Below are positions 1 through 14,200 of a stretch of 64,000 nt of DNA, piece by piece. Made by a program: the position numbers and the translations under genes. Origin of the DNA: Eledone cirrhosa (Eukaryota); the NCBI GenBank assembly GCA_964016885.1, contig OZ024741.1:38192001-38256000 (forward strand), written 5' to 3'. The notes under the pieces were generated by a model. It did no database searches. It was not told the origin of the DNA and saw only the letters and a list, made by a program, of their open reading frames with translations. Numbering within the stretch: position 1 is the stretch's first letter; the number at the start of each line of letters is the position of its first letter.

Positions 1-34
<34 letters not shown>

Positions 35-36
<2 letters not shown>

Positions 37-1053
37 GTCCTGGGTCAAGAAGAGACCGAGACTGGGTGATTGGCATCTGGAATGTTGCCAGGCACTCACT
101 TCCCTCTACCAAGCGAGCAATGCCATTAGTGGAACTTCCACTCTCGAGTTCTATAGAGGATTAGTGGTGGGCATGTGCGATGACGCACTCGGAGAAGCTA
201 TGGGCCTCGACGAAGTCGAACTGACCAATTTGTACCGGAGGACTTTTGAGCCGGGGACGATAGACAATTTCCAGAAATCCCTCGCTTGGCAGTGCTACCG
301 GGGGGGGGGGCACTGCCGGTTCGAGATAAACTCTACAGGCACGGAAGTGCTGTCAGACGGACCTGCCCAAGATTCACACAGAACGACGAAACCGTTCTGC
401 ACGCACTTGTCCAATGACCGTGCATTACTGATTTGTGGAGTTATGTCGAACAGCTACTGTCGCGTGTGGAACGAATCCGGCTATCGGTTGAGTCCATAGT
501 GAAGATCGAGCCGCCACCTTCCTTAGGTCAAGAAGAGCAGGAAATTTTCCTCTGTCTAGTGGCAGTTGAGAAAGAGGTTGTATGGTGGACCAGGTTAAAA
601 GGACTGAAGACAGACACTTTCTCTTCGGCCAATCCCTCATCAACTTCTTCAAGTTTCACCTGGAAAGGAAGGTGAGGGTGGAGAGAGAAGTGCTGCCCCC
701 CCAGTACATTTGCTAAAAGGTGGGTGAATGTGGCGAGAATGGCTCGTGTGAATGGGCCTACTCTGACCATGCGCCTATAGGCTAGCTAACTTGAGAGGGG
801 TGCTCTCCCTGGGTGCCCTAGAAGCGCAGGGTGGTTCAGGATTGGTGGGGTACCCGAGTCACCCCAGAGTCGTCCACCCCTATCGGGGAATTTATTTTGT
901 TATATTTATGCATAGTTTATTTTATATTTTTATATCTTCATTGTTAAATTAGTCTTGCGATTGTGCACTTTTACTCGACCTTATTGTAAACCCCCACTGT
1001 CCCTGTTTTTGTATTGTCCCCTACATGTCGGCCCTTGTGGCTAATAAATGAAA

Positions 1054-1056
<3 letters not shown>
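35..1056 (+). mobile_element. Tx1/L1-clade non-LTR retrotransposon, 5'-truncated 3' end (decayed ORF2 C-terminus and 3' UTR)
   Basis: Frameshifted ORFs 35-780 (SLAWQCYRG, TCPR..ETVLHAL, KEVVWWTRLKGL) align by eye with the longer copy at 53800-54540. AATAAA near 1043, (ATT)n tail, and (TTA)n directly upstream. Confidence 0.85.
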
Positions 1057-1112
<56 letters not shown>

Positions 1113-1119
1113 GCCCCTC

Positions 1120-1150
<31 letters not shown>

Positions 1151-1155
<5 letters not shown>

Positions 1156-1450
1156 AAGTATTTCCGTAGAAAAGGTAAATGAAAAAAGAGTGCTCTATGT
1201 ATTGTACAGAGCTATTTAATTACACGATAAACAACACAATATGATTATTTCATTTCCAAAGGTTTCAAGAAACTAAATGATTCTTGAAAGGAATATCCAG
1301 TTCAATCGCCAGACAAAATAATTATGTTTTAGATATCCAAAACAATTATTTTGTCTGACGACTGAACTGGATGCCGTTTGCAAGAATCATCTAGTTTCTT
1401 GAAACCTTCGGTAGTGAAATAATTATATTGTGTTGTTTATTATGTAAGTA

Positions 1451-1456
<6 letters not shown>
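1151..1456. mobile_element. Fold-back micro-Penelope insertion (family C) in (TA)n
   Basis: Imperfect inverted arms ~1218-1323 / 1344-1450, an extra tail at 1151-1217, a hammerhead in the arm, (TA)n on both sides. Confidence 0.75.
1344..1424 (+). ncRNA. Type I hammerhead ribozyme with extended stem II
   Basis: aattattttgt-CTGACGA(1355)-..gaactggatg..catctagttt..-GAAA(1401)-cc-ttc-gg-TA-gtgaaataatt. Confidence 0.75.
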
Positions 1457-1542
<86 letters not shown>

Positions 1543-1606
1543 ATATATATGTATATATATATATATATATGGATATATATATGGATATAAATATATATAT
1601 ATATAA

Positions 1607-2005
1607 TAGTAATAATAATAATTTTGAAGACTAAAATCCAAAGAGGGCTCGATAAGGATAAATATATATCAAATATATAAGAACCGTAGAGCAAATATTT
1701 ATTAAAATAACAGATTAAAGTTTAAGCAAAGAATCGCTGCTTTCACCCTTAACGGGATCTTCTGAAACAAACAAAGTCAATCTGTAAACGCAGAAGTGGA
1801 TATTTGATCACGTATTATATTCGTTTTTCCCGTTCTTTGCCAGGGAACGTTTCCACGAATCAAAGTATCGTCTTCCTGTCTTCCTCCGGTTGCAACGTTT
1901 TTTGAAACATCCACTTCTGCGTTTACAGATTGACTTTGTTAGTTTCAGAAGATCCCGTTAAGGGTGAAAGCAGCGATTCTTTGCTTAAACTTTAATCTGT
2001 GATTT
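1607..2005. mobile_element. Fold-back micro-Penelope insertion with a U4A-variant hammerhead (1928-1997)
   Basis: Arms ~1703-1802 / 1908-2005. agttt-CAGAAGA-tccc-gttaa-gggt-GAAA-gcag..ttgc-TT-aaact. The tail 1607-1735 recurs near-identically at 4600-4727 and partly at 25033-25061. Confidence 0.75.
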
Positions 2006-2180
2006 ATATTACAAGATTCAGCCTATGAAGAATTAGTTTTAGATATTCTGTTTTCTTAAATTACTAAACTGCCTCCTTAATTTCATCATTTCAATTAATT
2101 GAGTTAATTAATTTCGAAATTTAAACGACTGCCAGCACTTCAGATATTATCCAGGGAGAAGTATATGTGTGTATGTATGT

Positions 2181-2626
2181 TCTTCTGGTTTTATAATTTC
2201 ATAAATTTTTGCCAGTCGGTTTCTACCATAGTTACAAGACTCTCTCATTGAGAATTACACATCAACTAGGTAGATATCTCTGCATGTTTGCATGCATCCA
2301 TGTGTAGGTATGGATGTTATTGTATGTGTGGATGTGTATATTTTGATTTGTATGTGTGCATGTACATACGCTTTGTATCTGTACATGGGCATAAGCAGTT
2401 ATTAGATGCAAAATGTTTGGAATGTTTTACACATTTTTACTGTTCCATTAATGGATTGTACTTGTAATTTCCTAACTAGTTGTGTTCTTTCTGTTCCTGT
2501 GAAACCCAGCTTCTCAAGATTTGTATTGGGGCACATACTAACATATCCCAGTGCCCCAATAATCACAGGTGTAAATCTGAAGGTATAATCAGGGTGGAGT
2601 ATCTGCAGATTTCTCATTAGTTCTGC
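2181..2626 (-). mobile_element. R4/Dong-like LINE 3' end (RLE endonuclease C-terminus and 3' UTR)
   Basis: YAELMRNLQILHPDYTFRFTPVIIGALG...LQVQSINGTVKMCKTF. Both ends abut (CATA)n-type repeats. Confidence 0.7.
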
Positions 2627-2657
<31 letters not shown>

Positions 2658-2959
2658 TGTATGTATGTATGTATGTATGTATGTATGTATCTCAGGTCAC
2701 TCTTGAGTGCTACTGGTAACATGTAATCCAGTACAACCGGTCGCATGGTCAGGTCGTCGGCGACTAAATCAGCAACCCCACCAAGTTTACTTGGTGAGGA
2801 GGGTGATTTTGGACACCCTGCAGGACAAAAAGCAAAACCTGACAAAGGGAAGAAGAACTCAAAAGAGTCAACATCCATCCAAAAGTGTGTAAATATATAT
2901 ATACACATGTACATGTGTACGTATATGTGTATATACATGGGAGCATGTGTATGTATATG

Positions 2960-3312
2960 CGCGGGGACATAGAAATAGTCGGGCTGGACACCCGATTGTG
3001 CGGTTAAACCACTGGGAGTAAAAGACCTCTAACCTTTGTCAGGGCATTCTTCTAGGAGAAGGCAACTCAGGAAACTGGGATAACTCCGATATAAAACCTG
3101 CGGCTCAGTAGTTACCGATGATGTTGATCTTTTCTTCTTTTCGGGTTATAGCTACTGTCGCTCAGAGAGTGGGATTGGCTCAGTGCACAGTCTTTCCTCA
3201 CTTTAAAAAATATCTTCACACACAGGCATTGCACCATAGAATTAATTAATAATTATTAATAATGGTATATCGTGCAATGGCCATACTCGATAATGAGGGG
3301 GCAGCCATCATG
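2960..3312 (+). mobile_element. RTE-derived non-autonomous repeat with (ATGT)n tail
   Basis: Shares agagagtgggattgg...cacaggcattg and the 3' end ggccatactcga...gcagccatc with 15830-16122, 39470-39600, 58150-58200 (minus) and 59820-59915. Confidence 0.55.
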
Positions 3313-3484
3313 TATATATGTATGTACGTACCTACGTACGTATGTATGTATATATGTATGTTTGTATGTATATATGTATGTACATATGTATGAATGTATG
3401 ATTGTATGCTTGTATGTGTGTGTGTGTATGTATACATGTATATATGCGTGCGTGTGTGTATGCAAGTGTGTATGTATATTTTCC

Positions 3485-4032
3485 TCACAAAGGACAAGCT
3501 TGAGATTCCTCTGAAATTCTCATACTCCGATTTAGAACTTTCCCCGTAGAGCGAAACCAGTACTGCATCCCTTCAATACTTGTGAGAAGGTGGAGCGACT
3601 ACTTTCTTTCGAATAATTCTAGAAAATCCAGCATCCTCACGCCTTGATACTTTAAAATTTCAACAGTCAAACCTTCCAATCCAAGAGCCACGTTATCATT
3701 CAGCTGACTCTCAGAAAGTGTAATGTCCTCACTGATAGGAATATTTAAAGGAGAGTGATTAATGTTACGCTTAGCGATGCGGTGGGATACGGAATTGTTA
3801 TAGCATAGGATGTTGATTGAGTAGGTTCTTAGAATCACTGGGGTCACTCAAGGTAGAGCTGCTACCTCTCTGAATTCTTAGCTGCGATACTATGGGCATG
3901 TGGTTAGAAAATGTCTCAGGAAAGAATCGCTGGACAGATTTTACGGACAACCAAACGGTAGGATACCTAGATGGTTAGATAACATCAATGATCTTGGCTG
4001 GTTTCGCTTGGGGATCCAAGATGGACTTCTGG

Positions 4033-4035
<3 letters not shown>
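3485..4035. mobile_element. RTE LINE fragments in opposite orientations
   Basis: Minus strand EILKY..NFRGIS (RT N-terminal part) at ~3485-3860; plus strand GHVVR..RWLDNINDL (C-terminal part) at ~3890-4035. Confidence 0.5.
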
Positions 4036-4088
<53 letters not shown>

Positions 4089-4110
4089 GTGTGTGTGTGC
4101 GTGCGTGCGT

Positions 4111-4172
<62 letters not shown>

Positions 4173-4563
4173 TTAATGGTTAAACAAGGTTCAATTAATA
4201 AATCAATGAATAAAGTTTTACAATAGATTAGAAGCACTCAACAAATTTTGGTTTTCCGGAGTTATTAATATTAATTCAAAATATTAACAAAAATAGACAT
4301 TCGTGTGATCAAGTATATTTTATTATACATATTTCAGAGGTACTGAGCTATCTATGTAATTTGTTCATGTCTCAATCTTAAGGTATATAAATATTGAGTT
4401 TTGTCCTATCTTATTCACTGCCATGACTGAATTTTAACCATCTACTTAGTCAAGGTATGTCATGCATCATCTTATTTTATCTGAAGATAGCTCAGTACCT
4501 CTGAAATATGTATAATAAAATATACTTGATCACACGAATGTCTATTTTTGTTAATATTTTGAA

Positions 4564-4567
<4 letters not shown>
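4173..4567. mobile_element. Fold-back micro-Penelope insertion (family D) with hammerhead at 4473-4522
   Basis: Arms ~4268-4352 / 4487-4567. tattttat-CTGAAGA-..-GAAA-tatgta-TA-ataaaata. Flanked by (TA)n. Confidence 0.75.
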
Positions 4568-4599
<32 letters not shown>

Positions 4600-4604
<5 letters not shown>

Positions 4605-4728
4605 ATAATAATAAATTTGAAGACTAAAATCCAAAGAGGGCTCGATAAGGATAAATATATATCAAATATATAAGAACCGTAGAGCAAATATTTATTAAAA
4701 TAACAGATTAAAGTTTAAGCAAAGAATC
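4600..4728 (-). mobile_element. Tail-only copy of the 1607-2005 PLE family
   Basis: Near-identical to 1607-1735 with the same terminus next to (TA)n. Confidence 0.8.
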
Positions 4729-4881
4729 TGAATATATATATATATATATACACACCCACATATATATATACATATATATATATATATATGCATATATATA
4801 TACACATACATATTTGTGAGTGTGGATGGGTGTGGGTAGTCAATATACCTACACTAGCGCACACGCACAAACAAGCGCACA

Positions 4882-4923
<42 letters not shown>

Positions 4924-5329
4924 CAAGATCTTTATTTACGTCCACCCCCTCAATCGATGGCAGCTTAACCAACCGACCTACCATCAAACAATGCAACCAA
5001 CAAACCAGAGAGTCTATCCGCCAGTCGGCTCATCACCATATATTGTACAGTTTAAATAATATGAAATCATCTTAATTTCTCTATCTTCTTCGACAGGCAT
5101 AAAGCCAATTTCTCTCATAACGAGACTTAACACTCATTTTAAATCTTCTCTGCGTCTTCGCCGATCATGGCCGTTGTCACGCATAAGGTTATTGACTGTT
5201 TGCGATCGAATGGCTTCCACTGTGTTATAGCCATTGACCCTTGGTCAAGAATTAGATTAGTGTTATACACTCTCTAAAGCCAGGATATACCTACCACCGC
5301 AAAAGACTTGCGTATATATATATGTATAT

Positions 5330-5371
<42 letters not shown>

Positions 5372-5386
5372 GTATAGTATAGAATA

Positions 5387-5773
<387 letters not shown>

Positions 5774-5979
5774 TATATATATATATATATAGCTATATCT
5801 CTCTTTCTTTCTCTCTCTCTCTCGCTATATATATATATTATCCCCCCACTCTCAAGAGCGTGAAACTAATAAACCTTTCTTTGTACTGCCTCTCTGTTTC
5901 GTTCCCGTTCCATTTTTCACTATATATATATAAAATATATAAAACTATCCACACACACACATATGTATATATATATATA

Positions 5980-6228
5980 ATCTTAGGAAAATTAGCAAAG
6001 AGAAGACAAGACAAGGAACGAAAACAAGGCAAAACGAAAAACTTTGAATGGGAAACCTTAAAAAAGTATTTCTTGAAAATATAAATACAAACGAAAGACA
6101 CAACTCAGCCGTTGAGATAGACTTTGGCAGTTTCTACCCTTACTAACGGTACTACTACTGGGCCACCCGGAGGCACAGCGTCTGACAAAAGCCAAAGCGC
6201 TGCCCGTGGATTAAGAGACAAGACAAGT
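5980..6228 (-). repeat. Unclassified interspersed repeat (second copy 9400-9670, plus strand)
   Basis: Reverse-complement similarity: gctttggctt..gtcagacgctgtg..cgggtgg.ccagtagtag. Both copies lie next to microsatellite-rich sequence. Confidence 0.6.
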
Positions 6229-6243
6229 ATACACACACACACA

Positions 6244-6284
<41 letters not shown>

Positions 6285-6321
6285 GTATATATATGCACAC
6301 ATATATATATACATACACACG

Positions 6322-6403
<82 letters not shown>

Positions 6404-6407
<4 letters not shown>

Positions 6408-6876
6408 TAATGGTAGCTAAGATGCTTCCATAGGCGGTATGCCGGTTGAGCACTCTATGCTCCTACGGAGCAGAGTATTATAGAATGGAAAACGAAAAGT
6501 CAGTGATGCATCGGAACTCAATTTATTGTGTGTTACAATTGTTTCCCCGGCGAACAGCTCGGGGTGCGATCTGTGTGTGGATCGACCTGACTCTAAACTC
6601 GCAGGTTCCTCGGACACGTCTATTGATTTCGGAGAATGTCCCCTTTCTGATCCTATAGGTCTGTATCATTCACCTTCCAGAAGGTAGACGATTTGTAGGA
6701 TCAAGAACGCCAGAAAGAGGATAAGCTCCGAAATCAATAGACGTGTCCGAGGAACCTGCGAGGTTAGAGTCAGGTCGATCCGCACACAGATCGCACCTCG
6801 AGCTGTTCGCCGGGGAAACAATTGTGACACAATAAATTGAGTTCCGATGCATCACTGATTTTTCATATTCCATTCT
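6404..6876. mobile_element. Fold-back micro-Penelope insertion (family B) with U4C hammerheads
   Basis: Arms ~6490-6635 / 6727-6872. gtgt-CCGAGGA-long stem II-GAAA-caattgt-A-acac on the minus arm (6530-6617). Confidence 0.8.
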
Positions 6877-6968
6877 GTATATATATATGTATATATATAT
6901 ATATATATATACACACACGCACGCACACACACACACACACGCACACACACGCACACACACGGGCGCAC

Positions 6969-7101
<133 letters not shown>

Positions 7102-7346
7102 CATGTAAAATTCCACCGCGGCACCAAGTGGTTACGGCTTGTGAGTTCAGAAACCCTCTTCAAGAGTATATATTACAACAATATAAGGTCGTGGTTTGTC
7201 TGGCAGATTGGTTTGCTGGCTGGTTGGTTAGTTTGGTGAGTGTTAGGTTGGTAGGTCGGTTGGTTAAGCTGCTGTAGATAAAGAATGTTTCTTTATTAGA
7301 AAAGAAATCATTACGTGTGTGTGTATATATGTATGTATATATATAT

Positions 7347-7433
<87 letters not shown>

Positions 7434-7435
<2 letters not shown>

Positions 7436-7852
7436 GGTAACAAGTTATCGTTATAGGTAATCCAGTTAGAGGTTGTGAGTACTCTGCGTCGTGGATAGTT
7501 TTAACGTACGGCTTTGTTTAACTCAACAAGATGTATCCATAGTTAGGCAGCGAGTTCGCGGTAATTCCTATGTAGGTTATACTTGGAGTAATAATAGTGA
7601 AAGAATGAAGAGTTACATGGTTGGCTGTACAACAAGGGGCTTTATTTCAGGTATTGACAATTATTTCATTGATCAGGTGAGTCTAGAGGTCGCTAATCGC
7701 TTGAAGTTGCGTCACTCGATCTCCATTACATTATTTACCGCTGATCAAGACATCAGAATACGAAGATATATATCTTCATATTCTGAATTGTCAATACCTG
7801 AAATAAAGCCCCTTGTTGTACAGCCAACCATGTTACTCTTCATTCTTTCACT
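7434..7852. mobile_element. Fold-back micro-Penelope insertion (family E)
   Basis: Arms ~7594-7662 / 7785-7852, a tail with GAGTACTC at 7477, and (TA)n flanks. The 5' hammerhead core is not seen. Confidence 0.65.
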
Positions 7853-8652
7853 ATATATATATATATATATATACAAACACATACATGCACACACACTTAC
7901 GCACGCGCGCATATGCAGATTCAAATATACTAGATTGCAAACGAAAGAAGAGTGTACTCAATACATATTTTAGAATCTTTCTTTCGTGATTTGAGTTTCA
8001 AGCAACTGTGATTCCTTTGGTGCTTATGCTTATTTCATATTCATTGAAATACAGTCGGCCCTCTCTCTATGCTTTTCATTCTCATTGGTTGATTTCCAAT
8101 GCTATTTCGTTCCATTGTTTTCTGTGTTTTTAGGGAGTCGGGGCTTGATTGTACTTACCGCTTTATTGTTATTCTTTTAATTTCTTATATTAGTTTGATA
8201 CTTTTGAGTGTTGACAATGGTAGACGTCGTATCATTTGTTAATTCGTTGTGTGTTCTCGGGCTTTCGTTTACTGTTTATCTCTATATGAAGTTGATATTC
8301 ACTTTTTCTCTATTTATTGGGGAGGATCTATTTGTGGCCTCAGTTTGGCAAATTTATATCTTGTTTACCAAGATATTCCTGCGATGCGTTTATTTTCTTG
8401 TTGCTTTAATTGATTTTCTGAAGCTGTTCCCGCTTTTGTTAGTTATGGTTCGGTGATTGCGCGTTATGGTATTTCAGATTTCGTATTTATCTCGATTCGG
8501 TTTGGTTTCTATATTCTGTTAGTCTAAGTATTTTGTTTGTCGCTTCAATAGTTTTTTCCCGTTTCGTCATAGTTCAGTGGTCGCTAGTTACGGTCCGGGT
8601 GTTTTGTATCCTGTCACTGTTGAAATGTTATTCTGTGAGTTTGTAAACCCAT

Positions 8653-8795
<143 letters not shown>

Positions 8796-8851
8796 TATAT
8801 ACATATATATATATTGTTACATATATACATATATATGTGTGTGTGCGTGTG

Positions 8852-8924
<73 letters not shown>

Positions 8925-8949
8925 TTATATATATATACATTTATATATA

Positions 8950-8981
<32 letters not shown>

Positions 8982-9719
8982 CATATATACGTTCATACAT
9001 ATATGTGTGTGTGTATGTGTATGTATGTGCACGCGCGTGTGTGTGTGGATATATGTGACTGTGTGTGTACGTATATATATTTATGACTATATATATATGT
9101 CTATCTGTGTATAATATACGAAACTAGCCGTCTTAATCTAAATATCTAAAACAGTCGTTGGTCAATATAAATAGTAATTAAAAAAATAGGCTAAATACCC
9201 CTGGTGAGAGAAAATGTGGATAGACTCGGTTCCATTTCAAATTTTCACAAATCAATTTGATGTTCATACATATCTTGTCTTTTTCCTATGTTTTTCGGTT
9301 TTTTTTCTTTACCTTCTTTTCTTAACGAGACTATAGTTGCTATAAAAAGCAAATACGTTTTCCTAATCACATAAAACTTTATGGCTTAATTGCTGTAAGT
9401 TATTGTTTTGTCTTGTCTTTTTTCCTCTACCGACATCGCTTTGGCTTATGTCAGACGCTGTGATCCCGGGTGGACCAGTAGTAGCGACGGTAGGGCTCGA
9501 AACTGCCAGAAGTCCACCTCGACGGTTGAAGACCTTGGGGTTCTGTGTCTTTCGTTTCTATTTTTATTTTCAAAAGCATTTTGTCAGAGTTTCCCCTTCA
9601 AAACATTTTTTTATCGTTTTGCCTTGTTTTCGTTTATTGTGTTCACTTTGTTAGTTTCCCTAATTTTATTGCACACACGCACACACATATATATATGAAA
9701 TGGGAAGCGGGGGTCACTA

Positions 9720-10700
9720 TAAATTTTCAGTTTTGATGGAACTACAGTATGGTGATAACTTCTCTCTGGTAGCTCCCACACCAAAAGCCATACAGGCCAC
9801 CATCTCGGCAAATGTCAGCTTATAAAAGAATGGCTTTGACAGTTAACGGTAAGAAAACTGAGGTTAACTGTCAAAGGAACGCTACAATACCTTCTCACTT
9901 CCCGACATTTTCACTAGAACAGCAACAATCAACCAATTGACCAAATCAAACACCAAGGCAGTAGAATCTTCAATGGCTGCTCAATAGACGAGGAGATCCT
10001 AAAACGAAGACAAGCCTCAGTAGCGTTTAGAAGTCTCAGAAAAAGAGTCTTTCTAAACAACCATCTCAAGCTTCATGCTAAGTTTCTCATTTATCGGGCA
10101 ATCTGTGTTTTCCCCCAGCTATATGGGTGTGAAAGATGTACAGCATGTAGCAGATACATTAAGATTCTTGAAGTTTTAATATCTAGTGTCGCCAGAAGAT
10201 CCTTCTTTCAGTTACCCGATGAGATAGGATTGCAAATACAGAACTCCAGCAGTATGGAATTCCTGCTATACAGGCACTAACTGGGGTGCCTCAGATATGT
10301 AGTGCGCATGTCTGACTCACGTCTCCCCCCCCCCCCCCCGTAAGATTCTCTATGTCCAGCTACACCATGAGGATCACTTCGCTGGAGGATGAAAGTTTGG
10401 TTTAAACATCAACTGAAGAATACTTTGAAGAGGAGTAACAGCAACTCTTTAAACGTTTACTTTGGCGTTCTTGCTATTGGAAGATGTTGGAATACATGGA
10501 GGAGAAACAAACTCAAAACTATCATAAGAAGCGAGAAAGAAAGGAAGCATGCACATAGATTAATACCTTGTCTCTCTAATCAAATATTTAAATGTCCTGT
10601 CTGTGTACAAAACTTCACATCAAGGATTGGGATGTATAGTCAACAAAGGATTCACAATTAAAAAAGATAACCACCATCCAATCCGATGGACAACTACAAA
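9720..10700 (+). mobile_element. RTE (BovB-like) LINE 3' portion, decayed
   Basis: Broken frames giving SIDEEI..ASVAFRSLRKRVF, LYGCE, DSRLP..ILY and a C-terminal FKCPVC..FTSRIGMYSQQRIH. Confidence 0.75.
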
Positions 10701-10707
10701 CAAGCAC

Positions 10708-10748
<41 letters not shown>

Positions 10749-10847
10749 CACACACACATACGCACAGACAGTCAGACACATATATACACAGACACACACA
10801 CATACACACAGACAGATACAAACACACACATACACATACACATACAC

Positions 10848-10890
<43 letters not shown>

Positions 10891-10990
10891 TACATACAGA
10901 CAGACATACACAGACAGACACATACATAGACACACACACATACACACAGTCAGACACACACACACATACACACAGACAGAGACATACACT

Positions 10991-11045
<55 letters not shown>

Positions 11046-11130
11046 AAGTCGGTGTTCGTGTATACGAGTATATAAATTACATGTCTCTTTCTCCTCCCTC
11101 TTTCTTTCTATCTATCTCCCTGTCTGTCTA

Positions 11131-11167
<37 letters not shown>

Positions 11168-11191
11168 ATCCATCACCGACTCTCTCTCTCT

Positions 11192-11235
<44 letters not shown>

Positions 11236-11239
<4 letters not shown>

Positions 11240-14200
11240 CGTCATCAAACCGGCGGACAAGGGAGGCGCCGTAGTGGTGTGGCGCGCGGACCTCTACACG
11301 GCCGAAGCCCTCAGGCAGCTCTGTAACCCCTCTTCTACCGCCCTCTACCCTCCGATCCCACCCCCCTCTACCAACAACAAGTCTCCTCCACCATCAAAGA
11401 CCTTATCGCCTCCTCCCTCCTCCCCCCACCGCTTCCCACCTCATCGTCCGCACCCCCGCACCCCCACCATCTACTTCCTCCCCAAACTCCACAAACCCGA
11501 CAACCCCGGCCGCCCCATCGTCTCCGCTTGCAACTGCCCCACCGAACTCATCTCCGCCTTTCTCCACTCCATCCTCGCCCTCCTTGTCACCACCCTCCCC
11601 TCCCACATCTCCGACACCAACCACGCCCTGCGCCTTTTCGACTCCTTCACCTACCCACCCGGCCCACAGCCCTTCCTCTTCACCCTAGACATCAAGTCCC
11701 TCTATACCGTCATCCCCCACGCCGACGGCCAACGCGCCCTCAAACACTACCTCGACCTTCGCCCCTCCCCCATTCCCTCCACCCCCACCCTCCTTCGCCT
11801 CGCTGAGCTGGTCCTCACCCTCAATTGTTTCTCCTTCTCGGGTGAGTTTTACCAACAGGTCACGGGGGTAGCCATGGGTACAAGAATGGGCCCGAACTAT
11901 GCCAACCTTTTTGTTGGCCATGTTGAGGCCCAAATCTTTGCCCAGTACACCGGGCCCACGCCCGAACTGTACGGTCGTTACATTGACGACTGTATCGGAG
12001 CCACGACCCTCACCCGAGAACAGCTCGACTCCTTTCTCTCCTTCTTCTGCTCCTTCCACCCCTCCCTCCACTTCACCACCTCTACCTCCACCACCCACGT
12101 CCACTTCTTAGACATCTCCGTCGCCTCCGACCCCTCCCACCACTCCCTCGTCACCTCCGCCTTCTTCAAATCCACCGACTCCGACTCTTACCTCGACTTC
12201 ACCTCTTCCCACCCACACTAAACACTCCATTCCCTACTCCCAACTTCTCAGGATCCGCCGCCTCTGTAGCCGAGATGCTGACTTCGAGTCCCAGGCCCTT
12301 TCCCTAGTCAGCCATTTCATCCGCAGAGGTTACCCCCCTCTCTCGTCCACACCGCTCTCACCCGCACCCGTGCTGTCCACCGCTCCACCACCCTCACCCC
12401 ACGCCACTACACACCCACCCACCGTCTCCCCTTCCCCATCACCTACCACCCCTCCACCTTACCCCTCCACCGCACCATCCGCCGCCTCTTCCGACGCCTC
12501 CAGTCCGACCCCTCCACCTCCCACATCTCCCCAACCCACCACTCCCCTCCTTCAAACGCGCACGCAATATCCGCACCCTCCTCGTCCACAGCTCCCTACC
12601 CCCCAACCCACGCTCTGTCCCCCCCCCGGTTTCTTTCCCTGTTCTAGGCCCCGCTGCAACACCTGTCCCCACATCACGAACACCACCACCTTCCAGGGTC
12701 CCAACGACCACTCTCTCTCTGTCCGGCATGCCTTCCGCTGCACCTCCTCCAACCTAGTCTACGGACTTATGTCGGACAGACGGGACGTCGCCTGGCGGAC
12801 CGATTCACTGAGCACCTCCGGGATATTCGTCTCGGTGGTAGTTCCCCCATCGCCCGCAACTTTGGTGGCCCTGGACATTCCGCACGCCATCTCACAGTCT
12901 GTGGCCTACTCCAATGCCACGGAACACCCGCCAATCGCCTTAGAGTCGAACAAAGAACTATCTTCATCTTACAGACCCACACTCCTCCCGGCCTGAACTC
13001 CCCACCCTTATTCCTTTAGCCTTCGACCGCCCCCTCCCCCACACTTATCCCCCACTAACACCACTAACACACCCCTCCTTTTCACCGCCCACCCCACAAC
13101 TAACAATACTAACACCTCCACTCCACCCCTCATCCGACCACCCTTCCCCAACTAACATACTAACATCCCTCCCTTCTTCTCCTCCTCCCCCTCCTTATCA
13201 CACGCACACACCCACCGGCACATATATACACGCGCTCACACTAAACACACAGCCTACTACCACCACTAACCCTCACCCCCACACCTCTCACCCTCACACC
13301 TCCATCCCACCACCCCGCAACTAACCTCACTAACACCCCCTGACCCCAAGCACACAAACACACGCACCCACTTACACCACCCACCCCACACGCAACTAAC
13401 ATCACTAACACCTCCCAACCCCACGCACAAGTACCCACACACCCTCGTACACCACCAACTCTACACACCCTACCACCACTAACCCCCACTCACAACTGCA
13501 TTCAACCCTTCCCCACCTCCCGTATACTAACACCCACTAACACCCCTTCATCAAACTACACACACACCAGTACACCACACTCCCTCCATAGAACTACACG
13601 CACCCTTCTCTCCCCGCTCCACCCACACCCTCGCTCCCCACTCACTCATCCCACTAACACCTCTACTAATACACACACACACACCCTCCTCACTCCAACT
13701 TTCACACCTACCCATCCTCGCCCCGTTACCATTCCACCGACTGCTGCTATTTCCTCTGACCACCTCCCAGCACAAACAGACACACAGCACTCCCACTGCT
13801 TGACCACTTCCTGTTGCGCGCGCAACCCACATCTCTCCTCTTCCGACCATCTCTTCATGGAATACTCGTATGTGGAGCTTGACCACCACAGAATCCACTA
13901 AACATCATAGGATTTTACCAACTTTTCAACCATCCTCTTACGGAATCACCTATATAACTCACCCACACACACACCCAAACAATTTTTTTACTCCACACGC
14001 CACCTACACCCACAACACGCTTAAACCCCATACACACGTGCTTTCCACCACATATTTACACACTCAGCCTCCTGATTCCTCTACCCCCACCCCTCTATCC
14101 ACACACGCACAGACACTCCGACCTACAACCCCCCCCCCCCCACACACACACCTCTTCCTGAACATGCAACCCCGTTCTTCCCCCAACCCTTACTTTCACA

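Noticed and set aside
9455-9520. Hammerhead in the 5980/9400 repeat family
   Set aside because: The core reads CTGTGA/CTGTGC, lacking a conserved position, and neither copy has a valid NUH site.
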